A DNA stretch of 64,000 nucleotides from Eledone cirrhosa (GCA_964016885.1 OZ024740.1:50530001-50594000), one strand, 5' to 3'; counted from the stretch's first letter, positions 13,821 through 27,094 are shown. Translations and numbers: made by a program. The notes: a model not told the origin generated them from the sequence alone.

Positions 13821-14230
13821 ATAATTGTTTCTACTTTTGGCACAAGACCAGCAATTTCCCAGTGCATTACTGGTACTTTATTTTATCGACCCCGTAAGGA
13901 TGAAAGGCAAAGTTAACCTCGGCGTGATTTGAACTCAGATCATACTGGGAGGTAACTCTATGCTTCAAAGTATGGCGTCCGACCCTCTACCGATACTGCC
14001 AATCCACCATAAAATAATGGTTTCTTATATAGGCACAAGGCCAGTAATTTGGGGGAGGGGAAAGTCGATTAAATCGACCCCAGTGCATGACTGGTACTTT
14101 ATTTTATCGACCCCATAAGGATGAAAGGCAAAGTTAACCTCGGCGGGATTTGAACTCAGATCATACAGGGAGGTAACTATGCTTCAAAGCATGGCGTCCA
14201 ACCCTCTACCGATACTGCCAATCCACCATA
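13821..14230 (-). mobile_element. Two tandem full-length young Meta-type SINEs
   Basis: These are near-consensus copies with CpGs intact and a tRNA-like head (ggtggattggcagtatcggtagagggtcggacgcc...gagttcaaatc). Confidence 0.9.
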
Positions 14231-15361
14231 AAATAATGATGATGATAATGTACATAATGGCAAACTGCTTTGTTGCTCAACTCAATCTAAAGGCTATGGC
14301 CATACACTTGCTTTTGAAAATATTTATTGTGTGCTTTGAGTTTTCTGAGTTTAAAGTTCATCAGTGTCAACAAAGCAGTAATCAGTAATGTCCTGAATTG
14401 ATTGAACCTCTTTGAAAAAGGGGAACAAAAAAAGGGCTGATTGTTAGGTTTATTGGTCTGATGCTATCTGTCAGTTGCAATACCTGGGATTTGAACTCAT
14501 TATACACAGAACAGACCAGATACCACAAAGTGTCTTGTCCAACTCTTTAAAAATTAATATATTCAAATGAAACCAATCTCCAAGTGAACCAGTGATAATC
14601 TGTTACTAAATTTAGAGAAAATTATAAACATTTTAAAGTTTATTTAAAAAAAAAAAAGAGAGGGTGGGGGAGAATAGAAATAAGGAGAGAGAGAGAGAAT
14701 GTAGGTAAGTAAAGAGAAGAGGAGAGAGAATGGAGGGTAAAGAGAAGAGGAGAGAGAATGGAGGTGAAAGATAGAGGGAGGGAGGGAGGAAAATGGAAGA
14801 AAAGAGAAAGAGGAATTATATAATAGTTTACAGACTATATCTAACATGGAAGCTCCACCATTGGGGAGAAATAGATAAAAAAAGCTTTATAAAAATACTT
14901 TAACAAATAGCAAAATATATCAAATCATACTTTAGATATTTTCAATACTGGAAAGTCACTCCCAAAATTGTTTGGATAGTTCAGTGTTATACATCTAACA
15001 AAGTTATTACAAACTACTTTATAGCTTATTGCTAGCCAGCAGTAGTAATAGAAGGTGTGTGTAGATGTGCATGAGTGTATACTTATTTATAAGTCTATAT
15101 ACTTATTTATAAAGTCTATATACTTATTTATATTTCAAATACTATCTCCAGAAAATTATAAATAACAAAGTTGGATGTTTTCCCCATCTTATTTATTTAT
15201 TTAATCAATTTAACAGCCTGTATAGAGCTAGTAAGCCATGGCACACTAAAAGAAGTATCTAGTACCCCTTACAGTTAAGAAACAAAATCAATATAAACAG
15301 AGAAATATTTGTTTAGCCTATTTCCAACATGTTTAGACTTTGTCAACCAAATCACATTCAC

Positions 15362-15394
15362 CTTATGTTGAGTATCACAATACCAATGAAATAC
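15362..15394 (-). CDS. Candidate 33-nt phase-2 microexon (YFIGIVILNI)
   Basis: It reads gtttttgacAG|...ataag|GTGAAT, is symmetric phase 2 and is open in the frame left by PDZ exon 2. There is no transcript evidence. Confidence 0.2.
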
Positions 15395-18337
15395 CTGTCA
15401 AAAACAGCATTACCACCATCACCACCTTTTAGTAATTCTTAATGTTTTTCATTCAATCCTAGTTTTATTTTCTTCATCTCCTTCCAGCTATTCTTATATG
15501 TTTTCATTTACTATCTTTTAATATTTTCTATATATTTCCATCTCTCTCGTTTTATTCCCTCAATCAAAATTTGTCTCCATTACTTTTTTGTCATTTTCCA
15601 ATATCCTTCACAACTTGATATCATACATGAATTTCTCTGTATTATTTGCTATATTATTTTATCATATTATATATCTAATTGCATCTCTATATTGTAGAAT
15701 CACCTTTCTTCTTTTTACCTATTTATTATCTCTAACTCGCTATCTCTTCTTTCACTTTCTTCAATCCATCCTCATATTTCACTGTCTGCTAGTCTGACTG
15801 TTGCATCACTGCTGACTATTTCTCTCTACCCCACCTATCTCGTTTACTTTTCTTTTCCAACTCTCTTAGCACAACCACTGTTTTCTCCTTTCAGCATAAC
15901 AGGGAGGAGGAAACTAATATCATCATCATAATTTAACATCTGTTCTTCCACAGTTTCATAGGTTGAATGGATCATCACAGACTAAGTCAGTATTTAATTG
16001 AAGCAACTGACCCCTCACACGGGCTGAGGGCCTGCATCTTGCTAACATACGTTCCAGCACTCTAAAGATTGTACTAGGTGCATTTTATCATGGGACCAGC
16101 ACTAGAGAGGTTGTCATGCCCTTAACACAAAGCTCCTCTCAAGTTTTCTATGGCTGGATGCCTCTTTTAATGCTAACCATTTCACCAAATATACGAGGTA
16201 TGTTTTTGTGGCACTAGCACTAGAGGTTGTCATGCCTTTACACAACTGAAGAGTCTATTTGACCACATGTTTGGCAAGATTTCTAAAACTAGAAGCCATT
16301 CCTAACACCAACCACTTTACAGATTGTACTGGGTTCATTTTTGTAGCACCAACACTAGAGAGATTGTCATATAGGTGACACGACTGAAGAGTCCTCACAA
16401 GTCTATGGATGGTTGATGACGAAAACAAAACAAAAAAATACTAGATATGTGACATAACATTTTATATATTGAGATTATCAACACCGCTTTCTTACTGGCA
16501 GACGACTTACTTTAAGAACAGTTGGAATGTCTGCTAGGCTAGCTACAATGGCTTAATCCTTTTGGATTAAACCACCAAAACTGGTTCTGGTCCTATGAAA
16601 CAAAACCATATATTTTAAAGGGTTCCTATTTAAACTAGAATCTTCTAACAATTGTATGAGAACCGAAAGGTTAAGTTACTAACTTGGTAATAAAATAATT
16701 AATCATTTTGGTAAATACTTCAAAATTCTTCAATAATTAATTGAAATAGTGTGTATTTCAGTAGAAATATAGTCATGAAAGGGTTAAACATTCAACTATT
16801 TTTTTAATCAATTTCGTGCAAGATAACTGAGAGAAACAAAACTTAGTTGGCAAGAGATAACCAAAGATGTCAGATAGTTTAGAAGCACAAAATATAGGAA
16901 GTTGTTATGTTCATGCTTCTTTCCAAAAGCCTTACAGACATAAATAAAGTTAAATTTCTTCAACTGAAGATCAAATCCCAGTTGCAAACGTGATTTACTA
17001 GAGGAATAATAAATCTGGTAAACAGACTACTTTTGAACACAAAGCCATTGTTTTTGCAAGAGAATGGATTTTGTTAACTGAATCAACCACAATATGTTAT
17101 GTGGTCATTCAACTTACTAGAAATACAACCAATCTCCCCCAAATCACACACCCTGTCTTAAAAAGTGAAAGAAACATTGGTTAATTATTTGAATGTCTTT
17201 TATCATGGGTTTACTCTATCACAACCGACATAGCGTTAAACAATAACAACAAATGATGCCTATTTTATTGACCTCTAAAAAGATGAAAGAGAAACTATTG
17301 GCTTTTGGTAAGATTTGAATACAGAACAGATAAAACAGACAAAACTAAAATACTGCAATATATAGTATGGAACAGTGATGTTTCAGCTAACCCATTTATC
17401 AGCATAATTTAACGTCTATTTTTCATGCTTTCATGGGTTAGATGGCTGTTACGTGCTGAGGCCAGACTGAGCAGGTGACTGCTCATACACTTTGTTTTGG
17501 TTTGGTTTCTATGGCTGGATGTCTTTCTTAATGCCAATAAAACAGTAAGTGAAATACTAATATTTGTAGAACCATTGGCATCAGGAAGGGCATCAAAACA
17601 TCCTTTCCAACCCATACCAGCATGGAAAAAAAAATGGACATAAAAACAAAGATGTGATATTTAAGTATGGACCAAAGTATATATATATATATATATATAT
17701 ATATTTACTTTATTCATGGATTAGTATATGCACTTATATTTTATTTTACAGCCCATACCACTACAAGTTTAGCTGGTCTTCTATGAGGTTGCATCTCGTA
17801 GGAAGATTCTTAGGTGTTTTAATAAGAGGGTCCCAATCCTATCATGAAAAGCAATGTGAAATGAAGCATGTTGTTCATGAACACAACATGCTGCCTTGTC
17901 CAGGAATCAAACCCATGACTTTACAATTAGAAATTGAACATCCTAACCACCAGGCCATAACAGGTCTGCATGTATGTACATGGATTAATTTATGTACTTA
18001 TTTATTGTGTGTCTTAGATATTTTTTAAAAAGCAATTACAAGAAACATGCAATAAAACAAATGATAGATTTTATCCTCATTGCTATTTTGGGATAGGTTT
18101 GTTTACATAGTAAATATATTTAATTTACTATATATTTATCTAAGTAAGAATTTTTCATGCAGAGATGTACTTTTTTGTACCCAACATTCCATTTGTATAA
18201 ATTAGGTTAGATAGAGGGGATGGACTTATCCTAAAAAGGTACAGGTGTGAAACTGGTAGGATATGAAGAACAGATGATGTAAACAAATACATTCTAAATA
18301 CATTTCTCATCTGACTGATACAAAATTTCCTATTCTA

Positions 18338-18371
<34 letters not shown>

Positions 18372-20707
18372 CAAATTTAGAAAAAGTAACTGCACCAGTA
18401 ACAACAATAACAATTTTAAGGTGATTTTCCTTACAAAAACAAGAGTTAAAATTGTGTAGTGCTCAGGTGCACTACAACTCATCAAAGGTGCATGTATAGT
18501 ACATGCAATATTGACAGTTGCATGGTAGAAAATGTACTCATCATAGTTCCCTTTTTAGGACAATGTTTTATGGTTGGATGCCCCTCAAGTTGCCAACTCT
18601 TTTAGTTTCCTCTTATGACATATAGGATATGTGGAACCTATCTTAAAATCAGAATACAGACAGTAAATAAAATAAATTGATTTCCAATTTAGGTACAAGA
18701 CCAGAAAATGCAAGAGAAGGGCAATTAAATTAACCGCAGTATATGACTGGTACTTCATTTTATCTACTTCTGTAAGGATGAAAAACAAATTTAACCTTGG
18801 TAAGATTGAACTTAGAATGTAAAGAGCCAGAACAAATACTAGAATGACATTTTATCTGGTGCTATACCAATCCTGTGAGTTCAAAAAATTCAAACCAATA
18901 CAAACTAGTATCTTTAAAAAAATAAAATAAATAAATAAAATTGAATCAGAAGCTTTCGCCATATTTTGACTACCAAAAACAGTTTAATCACAAAGCATAT
19001 AAACCTCCAGAACATAAAAAAGGGACTCAGCACATGTGGGTGATGCCCGTTTTTTTTCTGTTATAGGGGCTTTATATGTTCTGTGAGACTATTTTCTATA
19101 GCCAAAATATAGCAAGAGCTCCTAATTCAATGTTCAATGCTATATTCTAAACACGAATAACACTTATTAACTATATATTTAACTATGATTGTATAATTGA
19201 CTTGAAATATGTTATGAGTTCATTTATTTAGTGGTTCCAATCAACAGGCTATGACCAGTGTTAGTAACTTAGAGACTTTATTTAATAAAAGTAAATTTTC
19301 CTAGCATATATCACTAGATTTATTTTCTCTCTTAGCATGAACGAGATGGCTTTTGTTGGTGCATTGCTTTATTTTTAAAACACTTGGTTATAATCAACGA
19401 AGTTGGTGAATGGTAGTCATTAGAACTTGAAATAGAATGCATTACTGTATTTTTTCTGGTTCTTTGCGTTCAGAGTTAAAATACCGTCGAGGTCAATTTT
19501 GAATTTCATCCTTTCCAAGTTAATAAAAAAAAGTACCAGTCCAGTACTAGGTTTAATTCTTCAGCTATATATATATATATACCCTTCTCTGGCAGCTGTG
19601 TTCATACCTGATGGAGTTACTTACAAACTAAGTTATGTAAAGTGACAGAGTTATCTACCTTCGTTGCAATGAAATCCTTCCCTATCGTTCAGTCATTGTT
19701 TTCAATGTTGCAGCTATATGCATTATTTTATAACAAAAAAATTGCAAACCGAAATCCTCTAAATATATTAAGCAATTAACATATTTAATTAAGTCCATAA
19801 CAATAAGTACACATCTTCAGACATATTATAACTGTGTATTGTGGTTCACTAACGTTATCTAAACAGCACACCCAAGTACATTTTATTCATGCTCCTCATT
19901 TACTGTGTATACATATATACTAATAATACGATAAGCAAATATTTAGAATACAATAATTGAATGTTATGAGCGAGATGTGGTTCCCGACCCGCCTAAGAGG
20001 ACAGTAACTCCAAATAAGAACTAAGATTTTAGCAGAATTAGAACACAATAAAGTTGTCCAGTGTTTATTTCTGTTAACCTGGCGACAACAACCATCACCA
20101 ACACTAACAATTTTTTTAAATGTTTACACAGACGGGGAAAATATGAAATTGTAATGTGTATGTCTTGAAAATAACATAAAAAGACAAAACGGTCTGAGAA
20201 AGAATCAAATCAATCGTATGTTCAATTAGCAAAAAACAACCCCCCTAAAAAAATAAAAAAACATTAAATATATTAGTGCAGTTGTAATATTCATTTGGTT
20301 TGGGGATTGTCTCCCTTGCATCGGTTTGCGATTATAGAAAAGATATAACTAGAAAGATGGTTATATTTATAAAATGTAACTCAATTTAGACGGTTGAAAC
20401 AAATGAAACAAAATTTCAAAATCTTTCAGATAAAATTAGTAAACTAGGTACCGAAAACGGATTATAGAAATCCAGAAAAAAAATCGGATTGGAAACAGTT
20501 TGGGAACTGTTAAAATATATATATTTTTCTTCCGTTTAATTTTCATCGTATATAGGGGAAGCTGCCCTCCAACCCGTATATACGATGACAAAAACTTCGC
20601 TGTCAGCCCAGCGAAGTTTTTGTCATCGTTAGCGGCTCGCCTTACCGATGTGTCAGGTGATGCCCGTGAGGTTGTTTCAGCGTCTTAACCAAGTCATCAT
20701 CAGCGCT

Positions 20708-20890
20708 AATGATTGTTTCTACTTTTGGCACAAGACCAGCAATTATACCAGCGCATTACTGGTATTTTATTTTATCAGCCCCGTAAGGATGAAAAGCAAA
20801 GTTAACCTCGGCTTTATTTGAACTCAGAATGGCAAGGGCCGTAACTATGCGTCAAAGCATGGTGTCCGACCCTCTACCGATACTGCCAAT
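20708..20890 (-). mobile_element. Meta-type SINE
   Basis: Full-length match to the family. Confidence 0.9.
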
Positions 20891-20944
20891 GTGTTTGCTT
20901 GCCTCAGAGATTTCCGATGACCAATTTGGTGTGTGACTGACTGA

Positions 20945-21070
20945 CGCACTCACCACCATAGGCGCTGAGCTGGCCAGCCGCAGGTGTGAGCCCCGCGAGT
21001 TGGTGTGGCTATTCCAGCGTGTCTCCCTTGCCGTCCTCCGGGGAAATGCCTTCTCCATTCTGTCCGCGCG
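20945..21070 (+). mobile_element. CRE-like retrotransposon extreme 3' fragment
   Basis: It translates LTTIGAELASRRCEPRELVWLFQRVSLAVLRGNAFSILSAR followed by a G-run, and is close in sequence to the end of the 37.2 kb copy. Confidence 0.75.
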
Positions 21071-22248
21071 GGGGGGGGGGGGGGGGGCATCACATATCAT
21101 TCCACTGAATCAAGTTTTGAAACTTAATTGAATGAAATTGATATATATATATGCAATAGCTTTGCTAACAACTGCCAACTAGGGGAAAATGTTTTATCGA
21201 GAAACACTGTAAAATTTATGGATATCAGCAAACACAAAAGGAAAAAGTGTTGAATTTGTGTTTTTTTTTTTTCACTTTGATTGTATATTTTTGTGTATTA
21301 TATTTACAAAGTTCCTAACAATAATTAATTGATTATATGAATGTATTTCTATCGGTTATAAACGTCTATCATATTTTATACACTTCTAAATGAAATAAAA
21401 TTAAGTTATATGGTATTCTAAACAGATGTTTTAAGAATAGTATCACTTAACGTTCCACGGTGTTCCGACAGGAACTGAATAGCTGCTTGCAACCCGCCCG
21501 TAAATGTTTAAGATATTTTTTATTTTATTGTTTTCAATCATAATGTAAAGTTTTTTTTATATCGTTTCGCCGAGAAATGATTTCTCTACAATATGCAAGC
21601 TATGAAATAGATCCATATAAGAAACGTAGTATTAATTTGTACCCGTATCTGTTGATTATAATTGTGTTCTATATTTTCATCCTTTATGTTACACGTGGTC
21701 CATATATTCTATACAGGTATTTAAAATTGATTAATATAAGGAAGACAGACCTTGTTTTAGAAATGTATTATTTATAGTTTTTCGTTTTTTTTAACTTTTC
21801 AGTTTCCTTTATATTTCAAGTATATATTTAGCCTGTATACAGAAATCCGGCAAATTCGCACAACCTCAACTATCTTGTTGGAAAATACTATATTAGGACA
21901 TTTTAATCTATAACGCCAATAAAATCATCCCAGACATTCTTCTATCTGCAGGTAAACCAACTAAGGTAAAGGTAAACATTTATATGATTATATGAAGTTC
22001 TTTTTTTTCCACTAAATAATATTTATTACATTTATATCAGGTAGAAATACATACATATAATTAATTAATTATTGGTAGGAACCTTATGAATATAATACAC
22101 AAAATATATACAATCAAGGCGAAAAATATGAAGAAAATATTGCATGTGACAAATTTCAATTATTTCAATTCGACCCAGTCAAAAACCATTATTCTTATTT
22201 CTGCTTTTAGTGTAAGGAGGACAAGCACATCATCAATAGATCTTGTGA

Positions 22249-22513
22249 AGTCGTGTGGCTTAGTGGTTAGGATGTTTGGCTCACGAGGTTACAAGTTTGA
22301 TTTCTGGCAGCACATTGTGTCATTGAGCAAGGCACTTTATTTAAGTCCACTCCACTGGCAAAATTGGGTTGTACCTTTAATCAAAAGAACCAGCTTTTCT
22401 GCTCACTGTGATATGCTTAATCTCCCTGAAAACTATATAATGGGTTCACATGGCTGAGGAATGCTCAGCTACTTGCACGTTAATTTTATCAGCAGACTGT
22501 TCCAACACACAAT
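22249..22513 (+). mobile_element. CORE-type tRNA SINE (decayed)
   Basis: It has a gtggcttagtggttag A-box and the gtgtcattgagcaaggcacttt CORE-like segment. Confidence 0.7.
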
Positions 22514-22626
22514 CAGACCTGTCAACTTTCCCCGAACGACAGGGCGATCTCTCACCCACTTTAGGGTGGGTGAGAGACATCTTCTCAAGTGAAAATGTGT
22601 ATAGCTTTCATTATGTAAAATATCCC

Positions 22627-22810
22627 GGTGGATTGGCAGTATCGGTAGAGGGTCGGACGCCATGCTTTCTAGCATAGTTACGTCCCTTTATGATCTGAGT
22701 TCAAATCCCGCCGAGGTTAACTTTGCCTTTCATCCTTACGGGTCGATAAAATAAAGTACCAGTAATGTACTGGGTAATTGCTGGCCTTGTGCCAAAAGTA
22801 GAAACAATTA
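22627..22810 (+). mobile_element. Young Meta-type SINE inserted in a hAT-like MITE (~22514-22910)
   Basis: The SINE is full-length with TSD-like ttatgtaaaa(aaa)tatccc on both sides. The host has imperfect TIRs cagacctgtcaac / gcttggtaggtcta. Confidence 0.8.
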
Positions 22811-23381
22811 TGTAAAAAAATATCCCCCATTTTGCTTCATTTCTCCCCGTTTTGGGACACTTTTTTTTTATGGTACTCCCCGTTTCGGTTTTTAGGGCTT
22901 GGTAGGTCTACTTTGCATACTGAATATACACATTTCAGCCAGTTCTAAGACCATGCTCTATGTACACTGATTGGCCATAAAGACGCAGAGTGGGGTCCTG
23001 TATGATTGACAAGCAAGGTTGAACCTCCATTTTTGGAATAGTAGGGAAGTAGTTTGAGAGAGATTTGGCCACTACATTAAGCAGATTGAAAAATTCCGTG
23101 GAAACTCAACTTTTAACTTGATTTGTGTTCTTGGTATTTAGCTCCTGCTAAATCCTAATCAAGATGACCAGTAATCAAAGGCGTTCTAGCTGTGACCATC
23201 ATGTTTTTTTTTCAGTTATGGTGCTTCAAGAACTATATCAGCCAATGTGTCCTTACTTTTTAAAGATGGTATGGAGTAGTTTGGCTGTTATTTCTAGCAG
23301 GTTAAGGGACTGTATAATAACTTTTTACTATTGATCTATATTTCTATTTTTTGAATTCTGTGATAGCTTGTAGAGAATTTT

Positions 23382-24955
23382 CGGCGATATCATATTTTAG
23401 CGGCCTAAATGCTGCTTACTTGCTGTAGTTGCTGCTTACTTCAATGTATGAGGCTATTCCAACAAATTTACATTCCCCTTTTTTTAGCCGTTAAAAGAAA
23501 TATAGATTTATTTTTATTTTTTTTTTTTTGCGATTTATTTGCCACTGGGGCATAGATTTCTTTATTTGCCCCTTGTTTGTTTGTTTGTTTTTTTGCGATT
23601 TATTAGCCTTTTGGGGTCACACACACCCCCGTAGAAAGTGTGCGACCTTTCTGCCAAGGAGCACAGAGAGAGGGGGGTGCTCCCTTCTCCTCTTACCTGT
23701 ACAAGCCGATATAGAGAGATGGCCCACTTACACAGGCCATTATTGCTACTTTCACCCCCGCCGAGGTTAACTTTGCCTTTCATCCTTACGGGGTCGATAA
23801 AATAAAGTACCAGTAATGTACTGGGTATTTGATGGCCTTGTGCCAAAAGTAGAAACAATTATTGCTACTTTCACCCATCTTTCATGGAATTGGCTGGGAC
23901 TGAGTGCCTTTTTCTCCACCTTGATCCTTCTTTCGAAGTGGTATCGGAAGAAGAGGACCATTTGTTGGCCGGCGACATATCCCCACAGTTTCCTCGTTGC
24001 AAACGCATCTGGGACATTTCTTTTCCAAGGGGTTTCCGTCCCGGAAGGGCAGGGCCCCTCGGTATGATAGTAAGTATTAGTGGTTGTAATAAAAATGCAA
24101 TCAAAATGTAATAAATACCTTCACTGATTTCTTTCTTTATATTATCAACAGAAGTTGGTATGTCACCCAAAGTTCACTTTGTATGTTCCCGAATAGCAGT
24201 GAATTTTAATAAAACTGTTTCTAATTCCTTCTCCACAGTAAAACAAATATCCATGTGTAGTTGAAGAGGATAAGTATGAAAGAACAGTCATTTAAATTTA
24301 CAGATGGACAGATGTGGTGTTTGAGATATATAGAAAAATAATTATTTACAGAAAAAGAAAATAATAATAAAGAATTATATCTTTTTGGACTACACATGGA
24401 TATTTGTCTTCCGGGACGGAAACCCCTTGGAAAAGAAATGTCCCAGATGCGTTTGCAACGAGGAAACTGTGGGGATATGTCGCCGGCCAACAAATGGTCC
24501 TCTTCTTCCGATACCACTTCGAAAGAAGGATCAAGGTGGAGAAAAAGGCACTCAGTCCCAGCCAATTCCATGAAAGATGGGTGAAAGTAGCAATAATGGC
24601 CCGTGTAAGTGGGCCATCTCTCTATATCGGCTTGTACAGGTAAGAGAAGGGAGCACCCCCCTCTCTCTGTGCTCCCTGGCAGAAAGGTCGCACACTTTCT
24701 ACGGGGGTGTGTGTAACCCCAAAAGGCTAATAAATCGCAAAAAAAAACAAACAAACAAACAAAAAAGGGGCAATAAAGAAAGCTATGCCCCAGTGGCAAA
24801 TAAATCGCAAAAAAAAAAAATAAAAATAAATCTATATTTCTTTTAACGGCTAAAAAAAGGGGAATGTAAATTTGTTGGAATAGCCTCATACATTGAAGTA
24901 AGCAGCAACTACAGCAAGTAAGCGGCATTTAGGCCGCTAAAATTGGATATCGCCG
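23382..24955. mobile_element. Foldback element with ~550-bp inverted arms and a 6-bp TSD (AATTTT)
   Basis: 23382-24047 (minus a SINE insert) is the near-exact reverse complement of 24408-24955. The termini are CGGCGATAT...ATATCGCCG, with AATTTT at 23376-23381 and 24956-24961. Confidence 0.85.
23758..23860 (+). mobile_element. 5'-truncated Meta-type SINE inside the left arm of the foldback
   Basis: It is flanked by duplicated attattgctactttcaccc and is absent from the right arm. Confidence 0.9.
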
Positions 24956-26285
24956 AATTTTCTTTTATGCAGAATTCATTTTTAAGAATTATTTTCTCGT
25001 AGATTGGCTAACACTGTGCTGTAGCTCATGAAGGCACGTGGGTTGTTAGGATGTCTGGTTCATGATCATAATGCTGTAGCTTCAATTCCTGGTGGCCCAC
25101 TGTGTCCTTGAGCAAGACATTTTGCTCCAGTCCACTCAGCTGTCAAAAAGAGTTTAAAGAGCAGCCTTGTCACACACTGTGATGCTAAATCTTCCTGAAA
25201 ACTACAATAAGGATACATCTTGTCACTAGTGTAGTCCTTTCATAAACAAGAAACTTAGGTGTAAATAGATACTACAAGTAGCTACAGCCTGCCAGCAAAA
25301 ACAGTAGGAGTGCTGTATAGTTGATGGCAATTTTGTTAAATTATAGAGTGATACAGTTGTCTTCCACCTATGGATTTTGGCCATTGTACAAGGGCCCACA
25401 TCATAGCTTTAGCAAATTCCATTACTAGAATGCAAAAATATAGAAAATGAATAAGCTGAAGAAGCTAAGATAGAAACTGCTGTGTTTGATTTGATAGAAT
25501 GACCAATACCAAATGGCAGCAGAAGAAACTATATCATAGAACTGAAGCAATAACGAAAAAAATATTCTCAGTTAATGTTTATCCACCTAACAAATATAGA
25601 TCAAAAGAAAATACCAATGAAAGCATTAACAAAGGGAAGTATACAATAATGAAAGTATTAAAACATTTTTTTCCCCCTTAAATTTCATCAGTAGAACCAT
25701 AATCTACACCTTCGAAAACATATTTCTGGAAAATCTCATTAAAAAATATGCAGTATTAAGAAAGTTGTGAGGAAATAAAGTTAGACTCACACACAAAACT
25801 GTAGTTATGCCATAATGCTTCTGATTTCAAAAATAATTATTAAGGCCAGTTACTACAATGGTGCCATATCAGTTACGCATGTTTCATTAGCCCTGAAGAC
25901 CAATTTGATCAACCTGTGCCAATGAAAATGAACCCGTTCATTTTCATGAAAATGAGCTTTATCAGCTTATATACATAGGCGAGAAATCTATAAGATTCTA
26001 ACTTATTTTTGCCTCAGCTGAAACTAGGTAGATATGCAGCTTTGACAACCACTAACAAGTGAGAAACAATGTTGTCAGTTGTTTCCCATGGTTTTTGCTG
26101 AGACTAAGGATGTGTGATGACAGTCATAACCTTAAAAAGTTCATAGCAGAAGGCTGTCAAATATTTTCCATAAACATCCTGTATACAATACGTGCATATA
26201 TCTGTATAACACTATGTTGGAGCACTAAATTCTCTCTCTCTCTCTCTATAAATAATAAATATCAAGACAAAAATCCAAAGAGGAT

Positions 26286-26316
<31 letters not shown>

Positions 26317-26347
26317 AAGTATATATAAACCTGTAGAGCAAATATTT

Positions 26348-26468
26348 ATTATTAGTACAGATTAAAGTTTAGATTAAGCAAAGAATCGCTGCTTTCACTC
26401 TATTACAGGATCCCATAATAGAGTGAAAGCAGTGATTCTTTGCTTAAACTTTAATCTGTACTAATAAT
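26348..26468. repeat. Hairpin/inverted repeat (~53-58 bp arms, 10-nt loop)
   Basis: attattagtacagattaaagttt...ctttcactctatta pairs with taatagagtgaaagcag...aaactttaatctgtactaataat, with one 5-nt indel. Confidence 0.9.
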
Positions 26469-26531
26469 ATATGTATATAAAATGAACACTTAGCATATGT
26501 CAACAGTTTGGATGGGACCACCATGTAAACT

Positions 26532-26622
26532 CTTATATCTGAAGAAGTGTCGATTAAGAGTCGGGATCCAATCACATGACCACACCCAAGCTGATCGATA
26601 TAGAAACAAGTTGTAATATGAA
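26532..26622 (+). ncRNA. Type I hammerhead ribozyme motif (Penelope/retrozyme-like)
   Basis: Stem I is ttatat/atatga and CTGAAGA is at 26539-26545. Stem II is gtgtcgatta/tgatcgatat and GAAAC is at 26603-26607. Stem III is the near-palindromic acaagttgt, with a GTA cleavage triplet at 26613-26615. Confidence 0.65.
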
Positions 26623-27094
26623 ATAAAATTTACAAAAAGCTGCAATTCTTATTGTTACTTTATATATATTCTGCAAACTACAGCTACCTTAAACCTGGAG
26701 CACAACCTAATGAGAGATGGATACAGTAACAACATCAAGTGCTTTGACCAGCATCGCTGCTAGTAACTACAAGTTACCCACATAATAACCTATATATATA
26801 TATATAATTAATAATCATTAATGAAACCAAGAGTCTGATGAGCTATTGATTCCAGAGTTGGTCATAATTGATACAGGTTGAACCTTGAGCTGATTAATCA
26901 TTTCACACTTGAATAAATTTAATGATGTTTACTTTGATACCACGTACCTACTTATTATTAATATTACACTCTGCCTATGAAGGAAACCGACTATAGCATA
27001 AAACCAAACATACAACACCACGTACTATACTTAAATGGACCCACCTATGCACCCAGTACTCAAGTTGGTGAACCAACAGTAATGTAAGGTTAGA

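Noticed and set aside
16511-16545. Minus-strand GTAAGT donor with short upstream exon
   Set aside because: The acceptor is poor, and the frame required by PDZ exon 2 contains stops.
23528-24928. Many overlapping ORFs, including a 235-aa one
   Set aside because: They are mirror-image frames in the foldback arms, crossing SINE and poly-A/T sequence. Only the LINE-like C-terminal frame looks meaningful.
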